Assembly (NCBI RefSeq): GCF_006345805.1
Contig: NC_042998.1
Location: forward strand, 42,408,001 to 42,472,000
Length of the DNA: 64,000 bases
Direction of reading: 5' to 3'
Source: Octopus sinensis
Lineage: Eukaryota
Each line of letters begins with the position of its first letter. Position 1 is the first letter of the stretch. The position numbers and the translations under genes are program-made. Of the stretch, positions 1-14,369 are shown piece after piece. The notes under the pieces are model-generated. The model did no database searches. It was not told the DNA's origin and saw nothing but the letters and a program-made list of their open reading frames with translations.

Positions 1-1017
1 TTAATTTGGCTAATCTTTGTTCCACTAGCAAAGTTCAAAACTGCCAAACCAATGCCATCATTCATTCTCATCCCATAATTATACATCCACTGTCTCATGC
101 AAGAAGCATTTAATAGCTTTCATTTTTATTCACTTTCTTTATTTCAATAAAGTTATAATATTTCTTAATAAAAATGGAAATTATTTTCTGGAAATATTTT
201 TAGCAAAGTTTACGAAGAGTAAGAGATGTTTTAAGCCATACATCAATATATTCGATATAAATTATTTTAGATTAAAACATTTTCTTAAAAATTTTGATTT
301 AAATCTCTTCTGTCAAGAATTTTGTGATTATTGCTTGAGTTGAAAACAGATATTGATTGGCAGGCATGTTTAATTCTAACTGACAGCCAATAATATTAAT
401 ATTATTGACTAGATTGAAGTGAGTACATATGATGAGAAAATTTTAAAGAAACTAAGATATTTATAATTAACACATTGGTAGGAATGAGGAAAGAGAAAAA
501 GGAAAAAAAACTTTATTAAAATAATAATAATAATAATAATGAATTTATTGTACAGTGCTCAGATGCACTACAACTCATCAAAAATATCTAACCAAAAACT
601 GCATGAACAGTACATAGAATATGCACAGGAAGTGAACCGTAAATAAGTCTTCAAAAAGAAGGAAAAGAGTAAGAATGATAATAAGAAATGGGGGTAAGGG
701 GCATCAAGTGTACTGTTGGTGAATTTTAGAAAGCATAGGTGTTTTCAAAGATGTGGTGTTTCAAAAGCTAACTGATGCAGGTAGTTTATTTCATGCGTCA
801 GCAATTCTGAATGTGAAAAAATGTTTCAAAAAGTCATGGGTGCTGTGTTGTTTTTTGATTTTGTAAGCATGTCCACAAATGCTAGGCATATGGAATTCAA
901 AAGGGAGCCCATTTTACCTTTCAGTTCTTACTTTTTGTATTTCTATATGTATTTTATATTCATAAATTTTCATTACTTGTTTTACATACATACATATGTA
1001 CGTACATTCGTATGTAC

Positions 1018-1056
<39 letters not shown>

Positions 1057-2129
1057 CATGCATACACAGAGTCACATATATATATTGTTATATGTTCAAG
1101 GATTTTCACTATGCAAATTTCTTCAGTTACTTGATGGATTGTACTTTGCGAAAAGCCCTGAATAACAAAGGAGTGAATGATTATTTCATATGAATAAATA
1201 GTATAGACTGTATTGAGTATGCTTTCTTCTATTTATATATCTAGACACTCACATATGCACACACATATATATTATACCTTGTGTGTACAGTTAGATGTCT
1301 GACTGTTATTATTAAGTTCAGAGCCTCATGTAGGGTATTATCATCCAATCTGCTTTGAGTATAGTGCTTAGGTTACTAGTATACTTAGTAGTAGTGTTGG
1401 TTATAATATGCAGAGTAAACATAGGAGAAATTATGACAAACACCATATACATATACATATGTATATGTATATGTCTACACACATGTGCACACATGCACGC
1501 ACGCACACACGCACACATACACACACACATACACACAATATATATGTGTGTGTGTGTATATAATAATACACTTGCCCAAGGTGCCACATGGTGGGACTGA
1601 ACCCAGAACCATGTGGTTGAAATTATACAGTATATAAAAAAACAAAAAAACAACAACTCTTAGTGCAAAAGGAGTGTCCATAATAAACCTCAGCATGCCC
1701 TCCCATGTTAGTGAAATTGATACAGTTGACCTTTCTGCTTATTGCTGCCTTTTGAGAAAATAAGGTAAGGGATGAATCATCAGACAGTTATAAGTCTGAA
1801 GGTAAAAGCTTGAACAAATTGTTTGGTTTAAAGTTATATAGTGAAATAGAGATAAGGGGATGAAAAGAGGCAGGTGAATCAGGCTGGGGATACTACACAT
1901 CTTGTTAGTTCTGAGAAGCAGGAACTGTAGTCGTAAAGGTAGAAGATACAGAGGAAGGATTCTTCTTATCTCTGTATTACTGAGTGAGATTTATCAATCA
2001 AGTCAACTGGTCTTTCTCATTTATTTTAATGAAAAGTATTTATTGTGGGGAAGAGACACTGATGAGATATGAGCTATGAATCTTTTAATCAGTGGAGAAT
2101 ACTTTAACACATCATCCAATTATGGTATC

Positions 2130-2354
2130 TTAACCCTTTCATTACCAACCCGGCTGAAACCAGCTCTGGCTCTGAGTATAAATGTCTTATTTTCATAAGT
2201 TTTGAATTAAAATCTTCCAAACCTTAGTCACAATTTATGTTCCTAACATTAGCTTAATGAGAACTAAGTTATTTTACTAAATTCTTTGTTATGTTTAAAG
2301 TAACTGAAAGAAAAACAGAGAATCTCAAAATAAATACAGTAACGAAAGAGTTAA
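2130..2354 (+). mobile_element. piggyBac-type MITE family A
   Basis: TTAA-CCCTTTC...GAAAGAG-TTAA; homologous to 3670-3897 and 40771-40998. Confidence 0.85.
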
Positions 2355-2503
2355 GATTTATTGTTCTTCTTAAATCAGTGATTTTTACATTAAAGACTTA
2401 CAAATGGTTAGTTAGTTCCAGAGTTTTATTAATATTTAGGCATAAATGTTTTATCAACTCAAAACACACATACATTAGTTACACCACAAATTATATACAT
2501 GCA

Positions 2504-2586
<83 letters not shown>

Positions 2587-2642
2587 ATCATCATCATCAT
2601 CGTTTAACGTCCGCTTTCCATGCTAGCATGGGTTGGACGGTT

Positions 2643-2916
2643 CAATTAAGGACTGAACACAGAAAGTGGACAGTCAACATGCTAGATGTAGACGTCAAAT
2701 CGCCATTCTCCACAAAAGATTATGTTCTCAAATCATAATCTTTTGAGAACATAATCTTTGTGGAGAATGGCGATTTGACGTCTATATCTAGCATGTTGAC
2801 TGTCCACTTTTCGTGTTCAGTCCTTAATTGGTATATATAAATATTTTAATCTTCGGATTCTTTTTTAATATGCTAGACCACTGGTTTTAATTGATAAATA
2901 TCAATTTCTACCCTTA

Positions 2917-2925
<9 letters not shown>
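2643..2925. mobile_element. Foldback element; arms 2643-2732 and 2742-2830, probably Penelope pLTR-derived
   Basis: About 90-bp inverted arms with a 9-nt loop and few differences. The right arm continues to a (TA)n tract, the same architecture as at 47.4 and 60.1 kb. Confidence 0.7.
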
Positions 2926-2962
<37 letters not shown>

Positions 2963-3145
2963 ATATAATATATATATATATATATTTGGCATTAGGAAGG
3001 GCATCCAGTCATAGAAACATTGCCAGATCAGACTGGGCCTGGTGCAGCCCTCTGGCTTCCCAGACCGCAGTTGAACCGTCCAACCCATGCTAGCATGGAA
3101 AGTGGATGCTAAACGAAGATGATGATGATGATATATCTTCTATCA

Positions 3146-3534
3146 TTTACTTGTTTCAGTTATTAGACTGCAGCCATGCTGGAGCACCACCTTTGAGAAT
3201 TTTTTTAGTCATATGAATTGACCCCAGTACTTATTTTTTTAAGCCTGGTACTTACCCTATTGGTCTCTTTCGCTGAACCTTTAAGTTATGGGGCTGTAAA
3301 GATACCAACATACACACACATACACACATGCACACATACATACATACATACATACATACATACACACACAGACGAAGGCTTCTTTCATTTTCTGTTTACC
3401 AAATCCACTCACAGGGCTTTGGTTGGCCCAAGGCTATAGTAGAAGACACTTGCCCAAGTTGTCATGCAGTGGGACGGAACCTAAAACCATGTGGTTGGGA
3501 AGCAAGCTTCATATCTTACAACCATGCCTGTGTC
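3146..3534 (-). mobile_element. SINE family 1 (tRNA-like head, internal microsatellite, tail ...gactgaaacaagtaaaag)
   Basis: Homologous to many copies in the window. Confidence 0.85.
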
Positions 3535-3669
3535 TAGTTTTACATATATTATATATAAATATACATATATAACTTTGCATATGCTTATGTTGATAGCTTT
3601 ATCAATAATTGTATGTATCCTTGTGCAGCTCTGGCTTCCTGTTGATCATACCTTTAGTTAGCTAATCCT

Positions 3670-3897
3670 TTAACCCTTTCGTTACTGTATTTGTTTTGAG
3701 ATGCTCTGTGTTTCTTTCAATTACTTTAAATATAACAAGGAATTTAATAAAATAACTCAATTATCATTAAGCTAATGTTAGGAACATAAATTGTGACTGA
3801 GGTTTGGTGGAAGATTTTAATTCAAAACTTATGAAAACAAGACATTTATACTCAGAGCAAGAGCCGGTTTCAGCCGGGTTGGCAATGAAAAGGTTAA
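3670..3897 (-). mobile_element. piggyBac-type MITE family A
   Basis: Reverse-orientation copy with TTAA at both ends. Confidence 0.85.
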
Positions 3898-4246
3898 AGA
3901 AAATTAAAGTAAGGAATATCTGAGAAATCATATAAGTCATTAACAATTTTGATTTTTTTTTTTCTCATCTATTCATATTGTTATTATAAAGTAGTGCTTG
4001 AGTGTTTTTATGGTTTGTATTGTTAACTCATCTAAATAAAAACAATCTTGAACTGTTTACATCAAGATAGTCATGACCTGACTACATGCAAACACAATTA
4101 AACATCAGTATAATAATAGTGCTGTGTTTGAGAGAAACAAAATATATATCCATATTGGGTTGAATGTTTGAGAGAAACAAAATATGTATGGGTCGAATGG
4201 AATTTATTGAGGCAGATTTTCTATGGCTGGATACCCTTCCTGTCAC

Positions 4247-4740
4247 CAGGAAGTGGTGTGGTATGTAGTAAGAAGTTTGCTTCCCAACTAAATGGCTCCA
4301 GGTTCAGTCCTATTGTGTAGCACCTTGGGCAAGAGTCTTCTACTATAGAGGCCCTGGTCAACAAAAGATTTGTGAGTATATTAGATTGAGGGAAACTGAA
4401 AAAAGCTCATCATATATGGTTCCAGGTTCAGTTCCACTGTATGGAACCTTGGGCAAGTGTTTTTTTACTATAGCCTCAGGCCAAGCATCTTTTTGTCTAA
4501 TTTGGTTGACAGAACTAAAAGAAGCTTGTTGTATATACATATATGTATATATCTATGTGTGTGTGTCTTTATGTCTGTGTTGACAACTGGTGTTAGTATG
4601 TTTATGTCCTCATAACTTAGCTGTTTGGCAAAAGAGACTGATAAAATAAGTACCAGGCTTTAAAAAAAAGTCCTTTCAAGGTGGTGCCCCAGCATGACCA
4701 CTGTCAAATGACTGAAACAAATAACAGATAAGAAATAAAA
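4247..4740 (+). mobile_element. SINE family 1 with a doubled head
   Basis: Two successive head segments (ggttcagt...cttgggcaag) precede one body. Confidence 0.7.
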
Positions 4741-4780
4741 GATACACACACACACACATGTATGTATATATTCATGTATA

Positions 4781-4817
<37 letters not shown>

Positions 4818-5069
4818 TTGTGTCTCTTTGTTTTGATATTACATGATAGTTGTAAAATGATTGTCACTGTCATACAAGTAGTATCATTCATTTCCAATAT
4901 ATTGCTATATCTGGCAATGGAGAAATATTCCCTTGGTTGGAAACAGGTAAGGGTTGGTGACAGAAAGGGCATCCAGTCATAGAAATCTGCCTCGATAAAT
5001 TCCATTCAACCCATTGAAGCATGGAAAAGTGGACATTCAAATGATGATGATTATGATGGTGATGATGAC

Positions 5070-5102
<33 letters not shown>

Positions 5103-6168
5103 AACAAATAAAAGAAACTATATAAAAAAATTAAAAAACAAACAAGCAGAATACTGTTTGAACAATAGGTATATCTATGAATAATTTCTCAGCTCAAAAG
5201 CATAGTAAAACAATTTTTGACTTTCTATGGAAATTTATTTAGATTGTTTCTCAAATAAAATTAGACTGAGATTTAGTGAATGCAGACATAAAAAATGAAG
5301 AAAGACTGAAAAAATGGTAATTGCATTCTTGTAGTTAGATATAAGGGGTTCTGATATTTCAGTTGCTTGTTTATAAATAGTTGGCTGTGCCAATTCTGAT
5401 TTCTCCTCGATTGCAAAGTAATTTTGCAACCATCATCACTGCTTCAAGATGGAGGAAATCCTCATTAAATTATGTGATATTTTGTAGAAGGGAATGATGC
5501 CAAAACTTGCTGAGTTGTTACAAAGGCAAAAAAGAAAAAAAAAAAAAAAGAAAAGAAATGAAGTGGCCTGTCAAAAACATGTATTTTCAATCTTTAATGT
5601 CAGATTTCTGATGAATAACTTCATCATCTCTTTGTGGTGTGACTAATTTTAGGTCAATTTATGATGGATTAATCATTAAAAGGTTACAAAAGATAACGAA
5701 ATAATATGGTAGACTTTATCTGAAGAAAGGTACCACCACTTGATACACTGATTCCCTCATTTAGGCTTCAACAATTGACATTTTCTTGTGGGTTTCATGA
5801 AAATTATCTTCAATTTGCCATTTTAAGGATTTGACAGCTTTTTATATATATTAGCATTATATTCTGTTTAACTAAGCAAAAATGAAAACATTTTGTTAGT
5901 TGTATTATGTTTGTAAATTTCTCTGCCTGTCATAGAATAGTTTGGACTTGACAGGTATCAGGGTAATAGAACAGACATGATAGTATTTACCATAATAATA
6001 ATTGGATGATATTAAAATTAGTTGTAATTATTATGTGAGTGATATGTGAGTGACTAATGGTTGGTTAATGGGTGGCTAGCATATCTTCTTTATAGCTGTT
6101 AGTTGGAGAAAGAGAGAAGCAGATAAACAGAAGAAGGGGGAGAAACAGAAAAACAGAGAAAGAAAGAA

Positions 6169-6219
<51 letters not shown>

Positions 6220-8712
6220 ATTCAACTTTGATTTGAAGATTTTGACAATCAATAGTAAAATGAAACTTAATTTTACTGGCATAAATAAAATCCTAAATGA
6301 AGAATTGTCTTCTTGAAAAAGATGAGTAGTTAGTAAGTATAATAGAGTAAAGGAAGAAAAGAGGAAAATTCTTACTGAACAAGAAAAAGGTTGAGGAATG
6401 GAAGATGTTATCATGAAGACTAACACAAAGATGTCATCATTGAAGGTATGCACATGGACATTATAAACTGAAACATTGAATAGTTAAAAGGTAAACAGGT
6501 ATTACTAAAAGATAGTTTCCAAGATATGGTATAAATCTGTTGCAAGGATGATACTTTAGCTTAAAATTGAACAACACAATTGTCATAAAGAATAATGATA
6601 GTTTAGTCAGGTAAAAAAAAAGATATGTCGGAAAACCTAGGAAATATTCCAGTGTCATTATTTTAAATTGCTTAATACGATGGTAATTTTCACTCAAAAA
6701 CTATATTCTTTTGGTTGTTTTAAAACATAAGAATTGTGAGTTAGACTTTACTGCAAAGGTCTAATGATACAGAAACATGTCCAGGGTTGTTACTGTACTT
6801 GTAAAAGATCAAACTCACTCTCTGCTATATGTCTCCATTTAAATTGATTAAGTAAAATTTAATAATTTTCTCCTTTGCCTTCCATGACAAAAATTATCAT
6901 TAGCAGTAAAGATTTCATCTCATTGCACATGCAATTTCAATTGATTGAATATTATTTTTTGCTGATTACATTAAATATTAGCTGGCATTAAATAGCAAGA
7001 AATAAAAGTCAAGCTTGAAAGGTATAATAGAAAAGAGGAATTATATCTAACAGAAATCATATCTGAGATTTGATTAAAGGCTAGATATCAAATTTATCTA
7101 AAAAGAAGGGTAGCAAAATGAAGAAAGTTTACTCATTACCTTATGTTAAAGAAAAAGGGTTGTAGTTTATCACAAGATCAATCCTGACTAAGCAGAGATC
7201 TATGATTAAAAACATTCCAGATTTAACCTTGTCTTTTTCTGACAGGATAGTGTGTCTAGGACTGCATTATTCAATATTTACTTCCTTTTTTTTTTCTTTT
7301 GAGGTGACACAAGAAAAAGAGACTCCTTCATTGGTTAATAAAAATGAGAATAGTAAAATATTTTGAATTGCAAAAATGAATTTATATTGCAAATGGCAAA
7401 TGGTGTATTCAGAATGTTTGCTCAGTAATGATGAAACAAAAGATGTAGGTAAATGTTTCAATGAAACAAAACTTCTGAAAGTTTAGGATTAGTTAAAGCC
7501 ATGCATAAGAAGGTGGAATGGCAGAATTGTTAGAGAATTTGACAAAATATCATGAGTTATTTCTTCTAGTTATTTACATTCGAAATTCAAATCTCTCTGA
7601 GGTCAACTTTGCTTTTCATCCTTTTGGATCCAATAAAATAAAGTGCCAGTCCTTATTGGTGGAATGTTGGATTGGCGTAACTGTTAGGGTGTTGGATATT
7701 CTGAGTTTAGTTGTGATAATATTGGTGCTAAGCTACACCAGTTCTTATCTTTCCTTTGGAAAGTACCAATGGTATGGAGTAAGATTACTTGTTGCTTGTG
7801 CAATTGTTGGATTCTCGTAAAATTAGATAAAAAGATGCTTGTTCAGGTCTACATTTTGGGGAGGAGCATTCCTGGTGCCAATGAACATTCAACCTTGACT
7901 GAAAAAGATATCACAGTCCATCCTCATCAACAACATCACTGCCATAGTCATCATCATCATGTTGCATCCACTATCCATGCAAGTATAGGATGGTTGATCA
8001 TTATAATCCTAACTGTTCTTAATTGGAATTACTTCTGTCCTATATGTGTTAGAGGATCCTGTTTCACTCATACATTTACTTTTGACATAGTTTCTGTGAT
8101 TGGATTCCCTTCCTATCACCAACCGTTTTACACAATTTACTGGGTGCGTTTTATTTTGGTACCAATATTGAGTTCTCTCATCCATCTGTTACCTCTGCTC
8201 ATTTGCTAATGATTTTACAGGTGACAAAAATGAATGACAGATATAAAGTGCATGAATGATAGAGAGATGAGAGTGTTAAAAAAAAGCAGGTATGGTTCAG
8301 GAGATCATGGTTTAACAGGGACACACAAGGTTACAGACCCAGATGTGTGTGTGTATATACAAAGCTTTTGGATGGAAATTCATAAATCTTTTAATGCATT
8401 GCTTCATACATTTCCATCAACCACATGTTTTTGTTGCTGTATTCTCGTTCCATAGGATATTACATATAGAATTTTCAATAAGCACGGATTTTAAGGGGAA
8501 AATTAATACATTCAAAAGTTCTCATTATTTCTGTATTCATCTATACTATAGTAGCACCAGACTAATACCCATCCCATAAAACTACTCTGGAAAATGGGAA
8601 TAATAAGCAGTAGCTGGAATAAATAGTATAGGAGAATTTTATGAGCACACTCAAAAATGTTTCTTCTAGATGAACTTAAAGGATATGTGTGTGTGTGTGT
8701 GAGCACACAAGT

Positions 8713-8795
<83 letters not shown>

Positions 8796-9135
8796 GAGTG
8801 AGTGGACCAACAAAAGAAAAATGCATTCAAGACATTCAGTAGGAGTTACATGTATTATTTAAAACAGTTTGATTTGGTTCCATACTACTTCAAGTTTTGC
8901 AGGCTCCTAATGAGAGCCTGACTCTTTCAGGTTTCTGGAATACTGAATGGAGAGGTACAGGAAGTACCTGATCAAGGTGGGTCACATGGTATTGTAGAGA
9001 ATAATGTCAATTCCTTTGCGAGACCAATTCCATCAGAAAGGGTAATCTCTTTGACTGTGTGGTTGGACAGGAAACTGGTGATGTCAGTGTTTCTGAATAT
9101 TGCAGCAGTAAGACTGGTGAGTGTATGAGTTTGTA

Positions 9136-9583
9136 CCAAGCTCCAGTCTGATTCAGCAGTGTTTTTACAGCTGGATACCCTTCCTAATGCCAACCACTCC
9201 GTAAGTATAGTGGGTGCTTTTTACATGTCACTGGCACAGGGGGAAGAGGAGGCTGGCAATGGCCACGATTGGTTGGTGCTTTTTACGTGCCACCGGTACG
9301 GAAGCCAGCCAAGGCGGTGCTGGCATTGGCCACGTTCGGATGGTGCTTTTTACGTGCCACCGGCATAGGTATCACAACCACAATTCCATTTGATTTTTTA
9401 TTTTGATGTTGATGTACTTGACTCAACAGGTTTCATCAAGCACAGCAGGTTACCCCATGATCCAAGGTAAGCACTGCAGGCCGTCCTACGATCCAAGGTA
9501 CTTTGAATGGGCTGGGGTTGGTTGCGTGAAGCTGGTGTAGGATACAGCCATGAACTCACTTTATTTGTTGTGTCTTCGCAGTC
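9136..9583 (-). mobile_element. RTE-type 3' region with repeated ggtggcacgtaaaaagcacc stem-loops
   Basis: Inverted homolog of 9600-9918. Confidence 0.7.
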
Positions 9584-9599
9584 ATATATATATATATAT

Positions 9600-9918
9600 A
9601 TGGTGACATGTAAAAAGCACCGTCCGAACGTGGCAGATACTAGCGTCACCTGACTGGCGTCTGTGTTGGTGACATGTAAACCACCAACCGACTGTGGCCG
9701 TTTGCCAACCTGCTCTGGTCCCTGTGCCTGTGGCATGTAATAAACACCCACTACACTCACAGAGTGGTTGGTGTTAGGAAGGGCATCCAGCTGTAGAAAT
9801 ACTGCCAAATCAGACTAGAGCCTGGTGCAGCCTCCATGGCTTACCAGACCCCGGTCAAACTGTCCAACCCATGCTAGCATGGAAAACGGATGTTAAATGA
9901 TGATGATGATGATGATGA
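9600..9918 (+). mobile_element. RTE-type 3' end with (GAT)n tail
   Basis: ...caacccatgctagcatggaaaacggatgttaaatgatgatg. The same tail occurs at about 2590-2642 (-), 2985-3130, 4940-5100 and 53445-53760 (-). Confidence 0.75.
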
Positions 9919-11249
9919 TATATATATATATACTCCATGTTCCATCATTACTATCATTTCAACTTTAATTTCTCCCCATGCCTACATGTCTGGATGGGTC
10001 TTGTCTGGCTGATCATTGTGGTCTTTTTTCATCTCTTTCATTAGGCTTCAGAGGTTGACCTGCTCTATTTTGTTCCAGAGCCTCTTAGGGTTCACTTTAT
10101 ATTATCATTATCATCATCATCATTTAACATCTATGTTCCATGCTGGCATAGGCTAGATAGTTTGACTGGATTCAATGGGCCCAATGGTTGCATAATCCTG
10201 TGTTTGCTTTGCCTGAATTTCTAAAGCTGATTATCTTTCCTAGCACCAATCACCTTACAGTGTGTCCTGGGTGCTTTTTTCATGCCACCAATATATGTAA
10301 TATATGTATGCATTGACTTCTCATTGAGATTGGTTGCATTTCTCCTTCCAGATCCTTTAATCTCTTTTGCATCATTCTTCTTGGCCAGATTTTCGTTTCT
10401 CTGGAACGTTCCTTCCCTGTTGTTTCCATCTCTCAAATATGCAACAATTAAAAGCAAACATTATTTACATTAATTTTATCTACTTATCCATAGCAACATA
10501 TCCAAGAGTTTTAAAATGCTGTGAGTACTGTCCTTCTTCTCTGGAATAGCTAACAGAAAATATGTAATAATTCTTTTTATACTGATTGCCTTTCCATATT
10601 AGCATAGCTTAGATGCATCAGTGCTGAAATTGGACTTGTCTTCCAATTAGTTGCATCTTCAGCAAAATGTCAGAGAGATATATATGTCATGTGAAATATC
10701 TTCCTGCTACATTATATTCTTTCTGTATTAAATAAGTCTTTCTTTATCTCAAGCATGTTTTACTCTGGTTACTATTTAAATATTGCCTTTTAAAATTTTG
10801 TTTTATTAACCAACAATTTTCTTACCAAACATTACTTGTTGGTTTCTTTACCTTCCTTGGGAAAAAAATTCTTCTCTGAAAAAATAACATAATGCTGATA
10901 CATGATACTCTTAGCTGGACCCCCACCCCAAGGGAAAAAAAATCAACAGGCGGGTCTTTTTCATGACTAATCACTTAGTAGACTACATTTAAAAAAAAAA
11001 AGTTACTGAACATTTTAAAGACCTAATATGTTTCTTGACTTTCTCTTAATTGTTTTGTTGTTCAATCACTTTGAGCAACATCAGATCTAGACACCTGACT
11101 TCACAAATTTATCAACTGAAATTAACTGGAACGCCTTTTTCTGAATTATCATTTATTTGCCTAATTTGTTTTTATAAGTATTGTTTGAAATAATTACATT
11201 TACTGCAATAATTGTACACTGTGTTATAAAATGAAATAAAGAAAACAAA

Positions 11250-11299
<50 letters not shown>

Positions 11300-11757
11300 G
11301 GTGGTGGTGGTGGTGGTGGTAAAAATGAATTTAATGATGATGATTATGATGACAACAATGATGATGATAATCTAAAATGACTTGAGTAAGCTTAAGACGT
11401 TTGTTTACCATTAGTATTTTCATTTTAAAATTCATTAAACAAGCATTTTTCTCTTTATTTTGTATTGAGAAGGTAAAGAAAATTCTTTTTTAATGAGCCC
11501 AACATTTGCAAGCTATGTTCTGCTATTCCAATGCAATTTCAATTAACAAAAACGGATTTTTTTCTCTTCACTTAATATGTTGATGTGGAATTGTGATATA
11601 TTTTTGATTTGTAATATGATCAGCAAAGTTATTTTATCGCACTTGTAACAGGGTATATATCACTTACTAGGAAATTGAATCCAGACTGCTGGGTCCTCAC
11701 CCCACACCACTACCGTAACCACTCTCATTCAGCTTTAAGTATTTGCATGTGTGTGAT

Positions 11758-11823
<66 letters not shown>

Positions 11824-12273
11824 AAGGAGAGGGAGAGAAAGAGAGCAAGAACATGTAAATGAATGAATGAGTAATACAAAATAACATTAAAACAATATTT
11901 AAATTTTTAAGTTGGTAAAAGTTGCTGCCACAGAAAAACTTTGAGTTAGATTTCTTGTATTTTTTTTTTTACTCATAACTAGTTCTGAATCTTTTCTGCT
12001 CTGATTTTTAAACTCCATCAATCATTGATTTAATGGTTCCTCATTTTGAATAGGTACCAGTAATATATATTGGATTTCAATTTACTTGATTATGCTCCCT
12101 AATTTACTCATGAGTTTTGGTCAAAATAAAATAGTGTTTGAAACTCAAAGTGGTGGTAGACTTGGTATGTTGTATCCCAACATGTAAAGCAGATGTAAAA
12201 ATAATGGTGATATGCATATGTGTGTTTGTCTGTGTTTCTGATTAAGTATTGACACAATGCTGACCATTAAATG

Positions 12274-12497
12274 TTAACTCTTTAGCATTTAAATTGCCAT
12301 ATCTGGCCGAAATATTCTACGTGTTTTATGATCAAACCAGCCAGAACTAGCCTTTCATAACTTACCCTACAATAAGTCTAAAACTAAACAATCACATCAT
12401 CAAAATCTTGAAGCTGAGATAATGCATGATTAATTCAAAACAATGTGAATAAATAAGCATTACATTTGATTGAGTAATCTGAATGTTAAAGGGTTAA
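12274..12497 (+). mobile_element. piggyBac-type MITE family B
   Basis: TTAA-ctctttagcatt...aatgttaaaggg-TTAA; homologous to 14370-14587 and 16031-16238. Confidence 0.8.
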
Positions 12498-14369
12498 ATT
12501 GGATGTGATACTAGTTTCTTAAAGATATCTCTTCTTGGAAAAGCTATATATGTATTTCTATAGGTATTATTATTGTTATTTGTGTAGATGACAACCTTTA
12601 TGTAAGACCAGAAAAAAAGCCAGTTTTCTAGAAATACCTAAAATGTTTTCATTATTCTGCAATAAAAAAAAATGTTTTTTCATAAAAGAGTTGTCGCTTT
12701 TTTCCATTGTATTTATCAGCATATTTTTATTCATTTGTTAATTCAAGGATGATGGACAGAGGTCAAATATCCAGTGGAACTGAGGAGTAGAATGGTTAAT
12801 TGTGGTTAGAGCAATTCATTTCCAATTTTATTAGTGGTCTTGTGTGTTTATTAGAATGTAATAGGTAGAGAAGGCATTTTAGAGAGAATATTTAAGTAAC
12901 ATTAACAGATAATAAGCTAGTTTAGTAGAAAAGAGGTATAATAAGGTTTGGTGGAGAGTAAAACGTAAAAAGCAATTTTTGATAATGGTTTCTGAGTAGA
13001 AACTAATACCTTATGATTTTGAAAATAGTTCTTCATGCTGAGAAATGTTTAAGATTTTGTAAAGAATCACTAAAAGTTCAAATCTGAACTATCTTTTTGG
13101 TTCTGATAAAGAAACCCAAACACTCTAATTAGATTTCATCTATGTTGATGTAACTACAAATAATATTACATTAATAATTAAATATTCAGGAATTGTGATG
13201 CTTTAATGATAAAATATTTTAATGCAAAAGCATAGCATAATTCATAGATGAATAATGTTTGTGTTTGCAAATGGTAGGTTCTTGATAAAGGAAGATATAC
13301 ATAGCAGGGTATTAAGAGCACTGCCAGTGTGTGTGCATAAGACTTGTGGTTAAAAGAATAGTGATACTATACACATGAAATGTGATACACAGAATGGGAA
13401 TGGTGGCATATGAATAAAAAGTGCTTCAAATACACAAATCAAAACGCAAGTAAGTGAATGCATTACAAATGTCTTGTGAAGAATTTTGCCTTCACCCTAG
13501 TATTTTCTAGTGCCAAGCAGCATTGTGTAAAATACAAAATTACATCAGAAATGGGTCCGTGTATTAGTGACTGCCTAGAATAGTAGATATTAAACATGAT
13601 ATAAGGCATCGTTATCTATAATCTTATGTAATATTTGTCTTTGGCTGAATGAGTCAGAAAAATTAATTTCCTGAGAGTTGAAGGGTCTCTTTAGTGATAG
13701 AGATGTTGAATAATTTTGGAAGAAGGGGAAGAAGTAGCAACATGCAAAAACAATGACTCAGGCTGATGGTTGAGATGTCTTTGGGTCTGCTGCTTGATCA
13801 ATTTAAGAAAATATAGGACTTTCAAGCGTTTTCTCTCTCTCTCTCTTTTTATTTTTTGAAATGCAGAAAATGTATCAGTGGGAAATTGTGATTTATTATG
13901 GATATAGAATGGAAGTAGTGGCTTCTGTGTTAGTATTTTAGTCTAAAGGGAGAAGTATACCAAGAAAATTTATGGCAATATTTGATCACTCAAACAAATA
14001 TAAAACCCATTAGGTTGACTTATTTTTGATAAACTACATGAAGATAATAGAAACCATAGACCTGACAACCTGTCAAGGATTACAGGGAGTTTTCATTTAC
14101 TACTTCTGAATATCTTTTCTTGTTTCTGAGCATGGCAACGGAATCTGTTTGTTGTATTTGTATAGGAAAGTAAATGGAAATGAAATGTTTTGAAGGAATA
14201 TAGAGTGGTATATTATGGAGATGAGGTTTTGTTATTATTTTCATATCTTCAAATGAGGCCTGGGTGATCAGAACTGACATAATTCTGATAGTCTGACTTG
14301 AATTATCAAAGAGTAGAGGTTGCTGATATTGTGATGATGAAATTATGTTGTAGCAATGAAGTTGTGGTT

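Noticed and set aside
821-1696. ORFs rich in CV/HT/YI dipeptides (also 21402-22056, 24569-25051, 27252-28392, 46730-47341, 49854-50448, 55031-55518, 61591-62290)
   Set aside because: They are translations of stop-free microsatellites, with no coding signal.
2055-2095. CTGATGA hammerhead seed
   Set aside because: GAAT instead of GAAA, and no stem I partner.
4120-4200. Small local tandem duplications (also about 30810-30870, 54970-55040, 59930-60020)
   Set aside because: Ordinary slippage duplications with no further structure.
11250-11320. (GAT)n switching to (GGT)n as a fossil of A-to-I-edited retrotranscript
   Set aside because: One point mutation followed by slippage explains it; no independent A>G cluster lies nearby.
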